From Oikopleura dioica (Eukaryota > Animalia > Chordata), in assembly GCA_907165135.1 (NCBI GenBank), contig OU015570.1, forward strand, positions 372,001-436,000: DNA of 64,000 nt. The letters are read 5' to 3'. Within the stretch, counting starts at the first letter, position 1. Each line of letters opens with the position of its first letter. The translations under genes were made by a program, and so were the position numbers. Shown piece by piece: positions 48,400 through 60,974 of this stretch. The notes beneath the pieces were generated by a model. That model searched no databases. It was not told where the DNA came from and saw only the letters and a program-made list of their open reading frames with translations.

Positions 48400-48930
48400 A
48401 AACCCCATGTAGAGGTTTTGCTACCCTTCATACCTTGGATTTACAGTAGTTTTTCGGATGAGATAAGACCAACGATCCTTATCAATGATGAGCAATCGGT
48501 AGAAAATATTGATTTGGCATCCGATTAGTTAATTTAGGTAATCTTTATCTGAACTCAATATTTTCTTTGACTTATTATTCGGATAAGTTAGGAAAAAACG
48601 TCCAATTTTAATGATACAAGCCGTCAGTAGAAAATACTCATCGGACATCCCTTTCCCAATCTTTGGAAGAGCCCAAGTTGTTGCCATCGTAACGACATTA
48701 CAATAAGTCAGAGAAGGTTATTGCTTCATTGTACCAAGTATACTTTGATATGACAGACCACCTTATTGACCATAGAAATATTTACCCATCTGTGATAACT
48801 TCCTTACACTTAAGAGACACTTCTTCAAATGGATCTTGGTCAAACTTCTTAAAAACCATTTATCCTTGGTTTCTTACGAACATAGTTCTACATTTAATCT
48901 AAAGAAAACTTCCTTTTATTATAAACGGTA
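48400..48930 (-). pseudogene. Fragment of a further Penelope-like RT N-terminal region
   Basis: FKKFDQDP and ATTWALPKIGK-GCPM resemble the PLE KKLxxDP and YGLPKIHKxxxPLRPI motifs; heavily mutated. Confidence 0.45.
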
Positions 48931-49173
48931 AGAATATGTGTAGTGGTTTTCCTACTGTATGCTGCCAAATACGCTATTTACAATCTCAGGAGCCTATTTT
49001 TCGCATTACAAAATCATCCTAGCACCTCAGGGAACCAACACAGATCACTTCCGGCAATGTTCTGTTTATTTCCAGTTCTTTTCCGGACACTTCCGGTTCA
49101 CTTCCGAATTTCTTACAGATCACTTCTATAAGGTCTGATCAACCGCAAGACCTCTCAAGAGCGTTACAGAGTA

Positions 49174-49319
49174 AGTGCTCACTCAAAACAGCGCCACCTG
49201 GCGAGGGCTCTCGCGCCCCACCTAGTGTCAGCTCCCTAGTGGCATCTAGTGGACTCTCAGGTATAGCTCTCTACTGCTATCTAGTGGCCACACAACAGCG
49301 CCATCTATGGTGAGCACTA
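49174..49319. promoter_or_regulatory. Cluster of six co-oriented CTCF-like motifs bounded by a 9-bp inverted repeat
   Basis: CAGCGCCACCTGGCGA, GCCCCACCTAGTGTC, GCTCCCTAGTGGC, GGCATCTAGTGGA, TGCTATCTAGTGGC, CAGCGCCATCTATGGT; flanked by AGTGCTCAC / GTGAGCACT. Confidence 0.45.
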
Positions 49320-50047
49320 AACCTTGCATTCAAACGCATTGAGTCACTACTGGTTACCTTGATGTGTGGGGGACAACTTCACAGATGACTCTCGTGCGGG
49401 AGAAAACCCTGGATATGAGTCATCATTACATCACCTGGCAGAAGCCGCTACAACATTCCATCCAGCATGACTCGATATAATATAGATGATAAATTTTTAA
49501 AATTCTCAAGATGTCAATTTGAACAATTATCGAGATGTTCAATTTAAAAAATTTTCGGACTGGCAAAAATGCGAGTGAGCCGGTGTGTGAGAAGGAGGGA
49601 AAGGTGCGAGTAAATCTAGAAAGAAATAATCGCGTATCTGGGGAATTTTGATCTATTGGCTCCAGATACGCGATTAAAAGTTCCTATAGATCAAATGAAA
49701 CAGACTATCTTGAAGTCACCTTGCTCGTTTATACTAGGTTTGAACAGTTTAATAAGGAAACTTTCGGTAATTTTACGGTTAGTGAACTTAGGAAGGTAAG
49801 ATTGAATTATGGAAAATTTAGATTTGGCGAAATCGCCTTGAGAAATGTCAGTGGTAACTTCTGGAGGGTTAATATAATTGTCATAGTCAGTTTGGAAGGC
49901 GGGACAGTTGTTGGTGTGAATTTTAATTGCGGTTTTACTAGAAGGGCGAGTATGATCAAGAGTGCGGAGATGAAAGGTTCGGAGGGTTTCCCTATATAAA
50001 TTTCGGAACAGGAGCAGTTGAAACGGTAACCAATGCCTGATTTTTTA

Positions 50048-50335
50048 CTGATCGGGTGTTGGATAGCGGAAAAATCTCATCGGAGCCTGGGTTGGGCTTG
50101 TTAGGCTAGTAACCAGACATCCCACTGACGAGCGCTCTGATTCGTCCGTTTAATTATTCTCGAATTTTCCATAAGATTCACTTAACCCGTTTTTCCAACA
50201 TCTGACGAATCAGAGCGCCGACCAAGAAAATGTGTGGTGACTGGCCTCACTAGCCTAACTCAGGCCCGCTTGAGATAGGCACTCTGATTCGTCACAGCGC
50301 TCTGATGGAAATTCCGCTATCAAACATCCCATCAG
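50048..50335. mobile_element. TA-TSD MITE
   Basis: TA|CTGATCGGGTGTTGGATAGCGGAA..TTCCGCTATCAAACATCCCATCAG|TA. Confidence 0.78.
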
Positions 50336-50359
50336 TAGATGAATAAGGTTTACGCTTAA

Positions 50360-51096
50360 GGGACCCGGTTAGGCAACGGCGAGCTGAACTTCACGCGCCC
50401 GTCGTTACTCTTGTGAATAATATTTTTCAAATATTCTTTTTGCTAATGATATGTGCAGATCACCAGCTTTCTCATCCAATTTTTGCCTATCATCACTCGT
50501 TCATGAGCCAGGTCCGAAAGAAGGAGCGCAACTTCAAAAGGGTGTTTGAAGAGCAATCCTTTTTCAATCTTCATGAAAGCGGCACCATTAAAAAGCTCAT
50601 AAAATTCTCCACAGATCTTACCTATCGCGCAAATCTGAAGCTGTACTTATTAGCGATACAGGTCAGATAAACAAAACTTCTTAGCGCACGCCCAGCGGGA
50701 TTCATGTCCCGGGAGCCCGAAATAGCTATTTCGGAGCGTTCTGCAGCGCTGTGGCGTGCTGAGCGCGCTAAGTTCTCCAGTTTATCAGCCATTAATCCGC
50801 AATTAGTAATGATTCATTTTTGCGCGATAGGTAAGATTTGTAGAGAATTTAATTGGCTTTTCAATAGTGCCGCTTTTATGAAGATTGAAAAGGATTTCTC
50901 TTCAAACACCCTTTGAAGTTGCGCTCCTTCTTTCGGACCTGGCTCATGAACGAGTGATGATAGGCAAAAACTGAAAATTGGATGAGAAAGCTGGTGATCT
51001 GCAGATATCATTAGCAAAAAGAATTTTGAAAAATATTATTCACAAGAGTAACGACGGGCGCGTGAAGTTCAGCTCGCCGTTGCCTAACCGGGTCCC
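50360..51096. mobile_element. Foldback MITE with TTAA target and GGG termini (Kolobok-like)
   Basis: TTAA|GGGACCCGGTTAGGCAACGGCGAGC.. arms of ~320 bp ..CCGGGTCCC|TTAA. Confidence 0.9.
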
Positions 51097-51604
51097 TTAA
51101 GACGGGATGTGATAATTTGGCCTAAAAGAAGGGTTTTAAAAGCATGAATAACCTTGTACTGCGGTGTGATTTTACGGATGAGAGAGGAAATGGATTTGGC
51201 AATTTTGTTAACGCGTGGTGAAGTAAATTCCAGACTTAGATGAAAACGATGAGTGATATTTGGGTCTTTTAGGGAGTACGAATTTGCGATCTTTGATGGA
51301 TTTAATATTAGATTTGATGAGCTTAGCAGGGTAGTCGTTTGAAACAAATTTCTTAGTAGGAGAGGAAAGTGCACTGTCGAGGTTTTGTGCAGTTGCCATA
51401 CAGTTGTTAGCGCGATAGATTCCTTGTTTTTAGAGAGGCGTGAAACTGATTTGGTGAAGTGTTGTAAAGTGTCGGTTTTGGAATGTTTCTGATACTGTTT
51501 GAGCTCCAGAAATTTAGTGTTTGGATCTAGATAAATAGTCGTATCGAGATAATTAAGAGAATGATTAGAGTCGAATTCAATAGTAAAATTTACGTTTGTA
51601 TCCC

Positions 51605-52094
51605 AGGTGTATTCCACTGCATTTAAGAAAACTACTGATTTGATAAACTTGAAAATTATACCCAATACTAATTCCGGGGTGTAGATTTCAAATCTGCTTT
51701 CAAAATTTTCATATCTGTTTTCCATATTGCAGAAAAATCCCATTTTTATATATATTATATTAATATATATATTATATAAAATATCTTTTACTTAGATTTC
51801 TCGACAAAGTAAAGTCAATATTTGAAATCAGCAGTATCAAAAACATATAAAAGCCCTTTTAGTACACGAAATTCTTGATATTGGTTCGGTTTCAATGTGC
51901 AAACACTCAGCGGGAGGGCAATTAGGCCGCATATTATCCGGTGCAGAGGGCGGTCGGTATCCGATAATTCCTTGAAACTTGGCAGACATGCTCCAATAAA
52001 GTGAAGGAACAACCATTATAATTTTCATCTAATTTGGACGATTCGTTCAGAAGTTATTTAGCTGAAAAGTCCTTAAGTGCAGTGGAATACACCT
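51605..52094. mobile_element. MITE interrupting the PLE-B RT
   Basis: TIR AGGTGTATTCCACTGCA(T/C)TTAAG; degenerate 8-bp TSD; removal joins FLTAWD-TNVNFTIE. Confidence 0.7.
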
Positions 52095-53874
52095 TCTGTC
52101 CCATGCGGTTAAGAAGGTGGTTAATAAGCGGAAGTTCGGACTTTTGATGATGCATATTACATCATCGACGTATCGTCCATAAAATTTGATGTTGTTACAG
52201 GATTTTTCGTGGTCAATAATATCAGTTTCTAAAAATGCATCATGATGCTGGCGATAATGCCGGAAATTTGCGATCTCATTGATACAACGCTGGACTGGCG
52301 ATAGAAGCTGGTTTTTGTACAGAAGGCAGTATAGCTACAGAGCGTTTTAGTAAAAACTTCTTCGAATATGGGCCGAGGAATGATTTTGCATTCAATATCA
52401 TCTCTTGACTCTTTTTCAAAGAGTTTTGCAGGGTTGGAGTAAATGAGGTCGACAATTTTTGGGATGATGCGGTTGAGTGGCACGCTAGGATACATGGATT
52501 TTATATCAAAACTAATGATCCAATCAGTTGCAGGGTTAAATTTAGAACGATGTATCATAATTTTTTCTGAAAATCCTGTGTTGATTTAAAGCTGTATTTT
52601 ATATCTGGTATAATTTTATTCAGGATTTTCGCGAAATAATTCTCAAAACCGGCAGTGAGTGAATTTTGCTAGATACAATGGGGCGCAGTGGATGTCCTGG
52701 TTTGTGCCGCTTCAGGAGGCCATAAGCGGATTTAATGGCGTAATTAGGGCGTATAAGATTGAAGGTGTACTTACTGAGGTAAGGTTCAAGTTTACAAATA
52801 AGGAGGTAGAAAGTTTTCAGATCAATGAAGAGAGGGTAACGGGCGAGTTTAATAAATTGAGAATTATTAATTGTTTGTTAAGTTTAGTATTGTACTCGTC
52901 AGTGTTAATTTGTTGGATGTTTTTACTTTTATCAATATTAATAAACGGACAGAAGGGTAATAACAGTTAACACCCGAAATTCGGTACATTATTTTGTAGC
53001 CGAAATCTTCAAAAATGTACCGAATTTTGGGTTTGCGGGTATTTGTTCCAATTTCACAGCATAATATGAAATTTTTTCATTTTTTCTGTCTTTCACCCTG
53101 TTTAGGAACTGTATATGAATCTTTTAGCAAGGAAAAATGGATAAATAGAGAAAGTTCTCACATAAAAACAAATAACAACATTTTGATCGACTCTTTTTCG
53201 AAAAAAATAATTTATTGGCATTTAAGGATAAATTTATTACAGATTCGTTGACGACTTGACCCTAAACTAAGTCAGGGTTTGAAAAGTGGAGAGCATCGGC
53301 ATGCTTGAGCACAGAATAATGTTCAGTGAACATGCTCAAGGAAATTTTAGCGGCCTATGCTCAACTGTACTCAAGCTCAATTAGATTTCTATCGAGAAAA
53401 GAGGTGACTAATTTTTGCTTGTTGCTCGGCGTGTAGTATTTTTTAACAAGTGAAATTTGAATTTCAAATTCGATTTAATTTCATCAATGGTAAGAGGGTC
53501 AATTTTAACAGATTAAGCGTATTTAGTCCGGTTTTGTGTTAACTGTTCGAGAGAAGTTAGAAGTTTGTATGGGTTCGGGCTTCCACCCAAGGGGAGGTCA
53601 ATGCCTAGTTTGAGCAATTCGGTGAGTTCGGAAGGAAAAGTTACGTTTGTAGTGTTGAAAATAGTAATGGGACAGTGGTGATGAGTGTTTGTAGATAAAA
53701 GAGATTGTAATTAAGGGTTACGTTTTTTATCAAGGGAAAGTTGGTTGCTCGCAATGGTGGAAAAGATGTTGCTTGGTGGTCGAAAAGTCGGAAGGGTTTA
53801 AATTTTGCTGCAGAGAAGAGATTTGATTTTCGAATTTTGTTTGCAGGGTACAATGCAGGATTGTGTGGCTATTA

Positions 53875-54280
53875 CAGTTTTTTTCCTCTTTTGTGGACCC
53901 CAAGTTTGTGGACATTTTTTCCATTTTAAGGGGACACTTTATAAAAGATGCTGTTCCAAGTTTGTGGACATTTTTTCGCGGAAAGAAATAAAAAAGACAA
54001 TTTGTTTTGTGGCGAGATTAATTCTAGCTAATCAAGATCGAGTTGTTCATTGTTTACGAAAAAAAACAAAATTAAAGGTTGAACTAGAGACAAAGGGGCC
54101 TTTGTCAGTCTTTCAGGAGCATAAATGCAAAGTCTAGAAAACCATTCGGCGTACTCAAATCTCGAAAAAAAATTTTAATCGATTTCGATGGGACATTTTT
54201 TCGGAAGACGTTGCCCAAGTTTGTGGACATTTTTCGAAAATTTTGGGACAAAAAATGTCCACAAAAGAGGAAAAGAACTG
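53875..54280. mobile_element. Tc1/mariner-type MITE (TA TSD)
   Basis: TA|CAGTTTTTTCCTCTTTTGTGGAC..GTCCACAAAAGAGGAAAAGAACTG|TA. Confidence 0.85.
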
Positions 54281-55589
54281 TATGTCTTTATCAACAATTT
54301 TGAGCCGGTGAGAAAGTTATTGATCGGGTGACCAATTAGTGTGCTGTAGTAGGGATTAAGAGAGATAAGTATAGTTTGGGGGTGTTTTGACTTCGAAACA
54401 TTCGGTTAAAAAGTAAGATGTTGTTCACTTCTGTGAAGTTTCTCTCCAGTTCGGATTGTTTCTTTAGTTTGGAGAAGTGGTCGATTAAAGGTAAACGAGA
54501 GAAGGGATTGAACAGGAGTTACGAACTGAACTGGCAAAAATGCGAGTGAGCCGGTGTGTGAGAAAGAGAGTAAGGTGCGAGTAAAACTAGAAAGAAATAA
54601 TCACGTTTCTGGAGCCTATAGATAGGGTCCACGCTCAAAAATTAGGTACCCCAAATAATGGTCCAATGATTTTCGAAATTATATATGTGATAGAGATGTA
54701 TCGTTGAGGTTTTATATCTCTTTATCCGAGAAAAACATAAAAGGGTTGAGAAATAACAAGGCCCTTAAATTGGCAAAAATCCGAAAATGGTCAAGATGGA
54801 CAATTTTTTTAAATTTAAAAAAAGAAATGTATGTTAATTTAATTGCGTATTTCAAATTTAAAAACTATTTTTTGGAGGATGGCCTAATTAAACAGAAATG
54901 TAAGCGATTTTTTGTCGATTTCGCCCCTTTTCAAAGCAGCGCGGCGCCGATTGCCTCGGGCGCTCCTAGGGTGTCCAAGACAATTTTTAATAATTTTATC
55001 CGCTTTTAAACTGAATTTAATAAAGAACATTTTATTCTCGTTTATATTTTAAAAAGAAAAAAATTTGAAAGTATTACTGAAAATGACATAATAATTTTCA
55101 TTACCTTGGGCTTAATTTGAATTTCTAGTCTTTTTCTCTCGATTTTTTTTTCAAAATTTTCTTTTTTTATAACAAAATCGAGAAAAATAGGATGAGTTTT
55201 GACGATAATATTAAAAAAGAAAAAGAAAAATTAAATTTTTGGCCATTGAAAAACTCAAAAGAAGATGGAAGGTTCATCAAATTCACTGCATTCTTCCGCG
55301 ATTGAGCCAAGCAACAATGGTTGGATCAGTGTTTGAAAAAATGGTCTAAACTAAGATAAGCGAGTGAGCTTGTTGTGGGGAGTATCAGTGATCATAGTTG
55401 GAAAAAACACCAAAAAACCGCGTGCGCGTGCGCGATTTTTCCAAAATCCCAGTGCGCGTGCGTGCGCGTGCGCAATGATTTTCAGAACCTGCGTGCGGGT
55501 GCGTGCGCGCACGTGCGCATTATTTATCGAAGATAACATATTTTTATCAAATCTATATGAGTTAAGAAAAAACAATAATGGAAATTTTA

Positions 55590-58050
55590 TCAGTCTTCCA
55601 GCTCATCCAAAAATTCAAGGACATCATCGTGCTGGGTGAATTGTGTGAGCTCAAGTATTGTTTCGGCCAATATTCTTTTCTTTTTGCCGCTTCGAACATA
55701 GTCTGATGTTTGATTGAAGGTTCTCTCAATATCTGAAGTTCCACAGGGCGCGGCAAGGAGCTTAAGAAAATTGAGCTAAATATAAAGAATATACAGTTGG
55801 TTTCCTTTTTTCCGGACAAATTTTGTCCCCTGGTCTTCGAAAAAATGTCCGGAAAAATGGGTCACCGGATAAAAATGCATGTCCCACCAAGTATACATAA
55901 ATTTTTTCGAGAAACAGACATTTTTCAGTCTAAAAGTCGATTTACCACGGAGTTAAGTGAAAGCTTCTGAGAATTGATTGAAATCTCGCCAACAAGGTCC
56001 ACTTGCGCCCGAAAAGAATTTAATTCAGCCGTCGATTGCCTCTTTTTTCCCAAAAAAAATTATATCATGTCAATAAAATTTGAAAAAAGTCCGGAAAATT
56101 GGACCATGGTCGATTTTGCAGTGTCTCACTCAAAGGCCTTCAAATCTGAAAATTGTCCGGAAAAGTGGACTCCGGAAAATAGGAAACAAACTGTATGCAC
56201 CTTTTTGCCACAAAAGCAAATTGTGGAAATTTTGTTGATATTAATTGATCAGACCAAAAGAGACATTAAATATGATGTGTAGAGAACATGATCTTTTCCA
56301 TAGGCTGCGCCCTTCTGTGTTGTCTGCCATTCTTCATCTGGAAGACTCTCGTAACTGAATATGCGATTTTTTTTTCATCAGTAAAATTTGGAACCCCAAA
56401 AATTGGGACCCCCAAAATTGGGAATCCCAAAATTTGGAACTCTAAAATTGGGAACCAAAAAATATAGAACCCCAAATTTTTTTTGTGGGTTATTCTTGGG
56501 CCCCCCAAATTATAATCGGTTATATTGGGACCCTTAAAAATCATTCTCCAATGTATAACCTTTGCATTTCCCGTTCAATATCGGATAGTGAAGGACTATC
56601 CGTAGTGGAAGTAGTCGACTGAGAAGATTGGCTTGACTTTCTCTGTAAATCATTATCAATCAGTTTTGTGGACCGGAACTGGAATTTTAATTTGTGGTTC
56701 TCCCCGATTCAAGTCGATTCTCATAATAAACGCTTTCGGTCGCTCACGATACGTATTCTCACGGCATTTATTCTGAATCATCGTGACTTGTTCGTTGAAG
56801 AACGGGTCCTTCGATTTTTCTAAATGTTTCCAAAAGAAACTCAGCGAAACCGACTGCCTTATCGGGTGAAGGTACACAGCTGCCAAATTAACATCTAGAA
56901 GTCGCGTAGGGTCAGTTTTCGTAACAATCGAACCATCGAGCATAAACGCGCCAAACAAAATAGCTGATAGTTTGCTGTATGCAGCGTGAGATAGTTTTTT
57001 TAGGATAAACTGAAATTAAGTGTTCAATTTTTTTGGGATTCCCAAGAATTACCTTTTAATCAATCTCCTTGCTGTCAATTTTTTCCGTCACTTGAGTCAA
57101 AAATTTCGTTGTCAGACTAAAAGCATGAATCTGGTCGACAACTGATGCATCCGATTTTTGAAGGGCTTTGTTTTTGACCATGATCTCCCGACTGATGAGA
57201 TATTTTGATTCCAAGTAGTTCCAACTGGGCATCGATTTGGGAATCAGATATTTTCTTGGGTTTCCCACACTTGATATTCTGTTGAGAGTATTTTTCCATA
57301 CTAGTGCAGTGACGATGTTGTTCCATGTTTCAATGCTGCGTCCCTTGTCATCGGTTTAACGGCGACTTTTTGAAACTCGACAAATGAATCTTCGTAAGAC
57401 TTATCGAGGTTGAAATGCAGATTCGCATACTCTATGAAACAATCTGCTATTCGGTTGTAACTGAAAAAAATATTTTTTTGGGAGTCCCAAAAATACTGAT
57501 CAAAAAAAAATATTCATTTGGGGGCCCCAATTATATCATTCAATATAATATTTTTGGGGTCCCCAAATATATTAATCAATTAATAAATGATTACCTGTGA
57601 ATACCACACAAAATGACGATATCAGAAAGCAAATTTGCGACTCGTTTCTCGCTAGCATCGACTGAGCAGGCGATTGAGAAGATCTTATTATAGGGAACAC
57701 CAAAATGCTCAAGCCGATTTCGAGCATTGTCTGCAACTTGTTCGCTATAATCATCTCCTGGTTTGAGATCGAAGCAATCCAATCCTCCAAGGAAATTGAC
57801 TTTTGTTCCATTTCTTCTTATGACGTTAAGTTATAATCCGTGCGCACTTGAGGAATAATTTGACACAGTGTCGAATACTGCTTTACTGTCAATTTGTACT
57901 GTCAGCAAGTTTCGATCAAGAATCATGTTCATATTCGATCGAATTCGTTCAATTGTTTTAATTGATGCATCTTCAATTTCCTTTCGTACGTAGTATTTGC
58001 TCGGTATAAGACCGGACAGACACGGATAAAATCCGTACACGGACATGTCC
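55590..58050 (-). pseudogene. hAT-family transposase pseudogene with three GT-AG introns
   Basis: LIPSKYYVRKEI..LTVQIDSK (D1); EHFGVPYNKIFSIACSVDAS (D2); LCGIH|SYNRI (CxxH); AAVYLHP; EREMQ|SYESLP; FWSD..FPQFAFVA; LKLLAAPCGTSDIERTFN (dimerisation domain with catalytic E). Introns at 57461-57594, 57010-57052 and 56355-56559. Confidence 0.85.
55794..56193. mobile_element. Tc1/mariner-type MITE (TA TSD); longer inverted relative at 58972-59557
   Basis: TA|CAGTTGGTTTCC..GGAAACAAACTG|TA with TTTCCGGA repeats. Confidence 0.85.
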
Positions 58051-58304
58051 GTTTAGAACCCTGTGCATTACCGATTGGTGATAAAGACGAGCGTTTCCCC
58101 AATTTGAAATTTCTATGATCATATGATATGATAAGGGACTATCACGGGAGCGCGAGGGCCCAATTTTTGCTTTCCCAACTACCCGAAATTGCCATCCATT
58201 TTTCTTGATTTTTCAGACAATTTATGTCTTACCTGCTGATTCCAAATTTGATCGAAAAATTGAAAAAGAAAATATTGAATATTATGAAAAACCCTTCTCC
58301 TTAA

Positions 58305-58910
58305 GGGATCCCCCCCGTTTTGGCCATTTTCAATTGGAAATTCAGCCGATTTGGGCTGATGAATTTGGGCGTATAATACCTCTACGGATAGCTCAGGTGC
58401 TATCCGCTATTCTCTAGTACAGAGAAGTTTTTTGCTCAAGGCAAACCTACCACTAGGAGGGGCCAAAGATTGAAATTTTCGAAAAAACGCCATTTTAGGC
58501 CATTTTTGAATCGAAATTCAGCCAAATTGGGCTTAGATAGACGCAATCTGAAATAAGATACTGATAGAATAGAGCCTAATCTACAATCTCTAGTTTAATT
58601 AGCTCTCTAGCGCCAATATATGGCCTAAAATTCTAGTGCGGTCATCATATTCTTTCTCCTTGCATTCTAAGCTATCGATAGACCCTTTATTCGTCTGTTT
58701 TCGTTGACATTGAAGAATAGAAAAAAATTGCAATTTTCACGCTAAGTACAATTTATATGCATTTTTACGACTTTCGAGGGCCAGAATTCCGGGTGAAGAT
58801 GTTCGTAAAGGGGAAGTATAATACATCAAAATGATCCTCAGAACATGGGGAATCTAAATATGCTATAAAGAGACCCCTGATAAAGAGTTGAAAAAACAGG
58901 GGGGGATCCC
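58305..58910. mobile_element. TTAA-target MITE (Kolobok-like)
   Basis: TTAA|GGGATCCCCCC..GGGGGATCCC|TTAA. Confidence 0.7.
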
Positions 58911-58971
58911 TTAATCTCTCAAAAATAAATTTACTCGGTTCTCCTTGTCGGCCACAATTATCAGATAAGTA

Positions 58972-59557
58972 CAGTTGGTTTCCAAATTTCCGGAGTCCAA
59001 ATTTCCGGACATTTTTCAGATTTTAAGGCATCTTAGTGGGAGTCGACCATTGTCCAAATTTCCGGACTTTTTCAAAATTGTATTGATTATATGTTGGCTC
59101 TCGAATAACTGCTAAAACTTGAACACGGTTCTAGCGTAGGGAAAAACTGGTATATTTGTAGTGCTCCGTAGAGCGAGCGAGAACGAAGTGTGTAAAAGTG
59201 GCAGCGCGCTCCGCATAAATACGTTGCGGGAGGAAAACATGAAAACAAGATAGAATCAGGATCGGCTTTTTCGTGAACCACGACACCGATCATTTTCTCT
59301 AAAAAAGGAATCAATTTACGATTTAATTAACTTCTTTTTGGGCGCAAGCTGAGCTTGTTCGCGAGGTTGAAGAAGAATAGTAAAAACTTAGGGTCATTAA
59401 GTGGTTTTTCTTTCATAATCTCTTTGTATTTACTCTGTAGCAATGCTTTTTAAGAATACTTGGTGGGACATAAAACTTTTTCCGGTGACCCAAATTTCCG
59501 GACATTTTTTTTGGAAACCAGGGGACAAAATTAGTCCGGAAATAAGGAAACCAACTG
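58972..59557. mobile_element. Tc1/mariner-type MITE (TA TSD)
   Basis: TA|CAGTTGGTTTCC..GGAAACCAACTG|TA; ends homologous to 55794-56193. Confidence 0.85.
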
Positions 59558-60974
59558 TAAGTAAGATAAGTGACGGCGCGCTAGTGCTTTACACGCTGCG
59601 CGGGGAGCCCGAAAAGCATTAGCGCGCGCAGTACTCTCAGTGGGTGCTTGCTTTGACCCAGTACACGGGAAGTTAAGAGTTGTCTTAAGCTTGTCTTCCG
59701 CAGCATTTTCCGATCAAAAGATTTTTATCATCAGAATCAGCTGAAAATCCGTACTTATAAGGAAATTTTTATGAAAATCGAAGGGCAGTCGTTTTCTCGT
59801 GAAAGTCCCTAGATATGATTTATATCCTTCAAGATTTATTAGATTAACGGAACAATCTGAGACTAAGGTTAATTCTATTTTAAAGCGTTATAAGGCGATC
59901 TTTCAAGAAGGGGTATATATAATATAACTCAAAAATAAATTTCTGATTCCTAGAACATGAAATCGGCGAGGCGCCGCTGCCCGTTGAGCGCCCCGCCGTG
60001 ACTTTTTCAGAGACCCATCAAATCTGAACGAAGAAAGTTTTTAACATTTTTTGCTTTGTGATCATCGCTCACGATTCTTTTCGAATTTTTTAAAATTAAA
60101 GCAAAGGCTCTAATGATCAGAAAGCATAAAAAGTATGAAGCAAATTTTCTCCGTCTAGATTTGACTGGTCTCTTAAAAAAACGGGTTTTTCACTAGCGCA
60201 ATACGAATTTTTTCGTATCATTATTTTTAAAATCAGTAGGGAGAAAAAGTGAAGCTATTGATATCCTCATCAAAAATGATCCAATTTTTATCAGGCCTAC
60301 GCTCGCGTTGTCTTCAAATTTTGCTTATATGATAAGTTATCATTGATAAACCTGACCTGTCAGCGGGCGTGTATGAGCGCGGGACGAATCGTACATTCGA
60401 ATCCCCCGTTCCGCCAACTTTGAGGTCGAAAAACTTTTGGGCTTAGCTATCATCGAGGTTAGGTATTAATTATGAAGCCTGTATCTTAGTGAACAATCTC
60501 TAGTATAGAAAAATAATTTGAAAAGGGGAATCACCTCCAAAAATAGCTCTGAAGACATTGATAGTGGCAAAAACAGTTTTCGGCCATTTCAAATTCGAAA
60601 TACTTTTTCGCTTCTATATTTTTCCCAAATTTTATTTTTCTAACTTACTTGATACGGTATGTTATATACCGTATGTATGATACTTCATCTTCAATCTCTG
60701 GTACGGGAGGTAGAAATTACCAAGGAATGTAGAATTTTTCTTAACAAAAACTATTCCTTCTGATTTCTCCAATTTTTATGACTTTCTATGCTCTCTAGCA
60801 CCAATTAGTGATAAGATATCTCATCTAATTCCGTAAACTTTCAAAAGTCGAAAATTTCGCGAATTTCTTCAAAGTAATTTTTTATTGAAATGAGCCATTT
60901 TCAAAGCTTTCTCGTCGCTCATCATGTCACGTTCCCTCCTTGACATAATATATCATATATATTATTATATGATA

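Larger units (their letters stand above)
49558..54613 (-). mobile_element. Penelope-like element B (RT plus GIY-YIG, decayed) with ~85-bp direct terminal repeats
   Basis: YGLLKRHKPGHPLRPIVSS (~52.7 kb), SFDIKSMYPSVP, FYGRYVDDV (~52.17 kb), NFTIEFD..NYLDT, NDYP, YRFNCSCSEIYIG/ETLRTFHLRTLDH..ESFLIKLFKPSINEQ (49.7-50.04 kb). 49558-49642 matches 54529-54613. Confidence 0.88.

Noticed and set aside
49380-49415. Degenerate hammerhead (CAGAUGA..GAAAAC)
   Set aside because: Core positions are mutated and the stems do not register.
60363-60416. tRNA-like TTCGAATCCC..CCGCCA
   Set aside because: Only ~54 nt, the acceptor stem is imperfect, and no cloverleaf forms.
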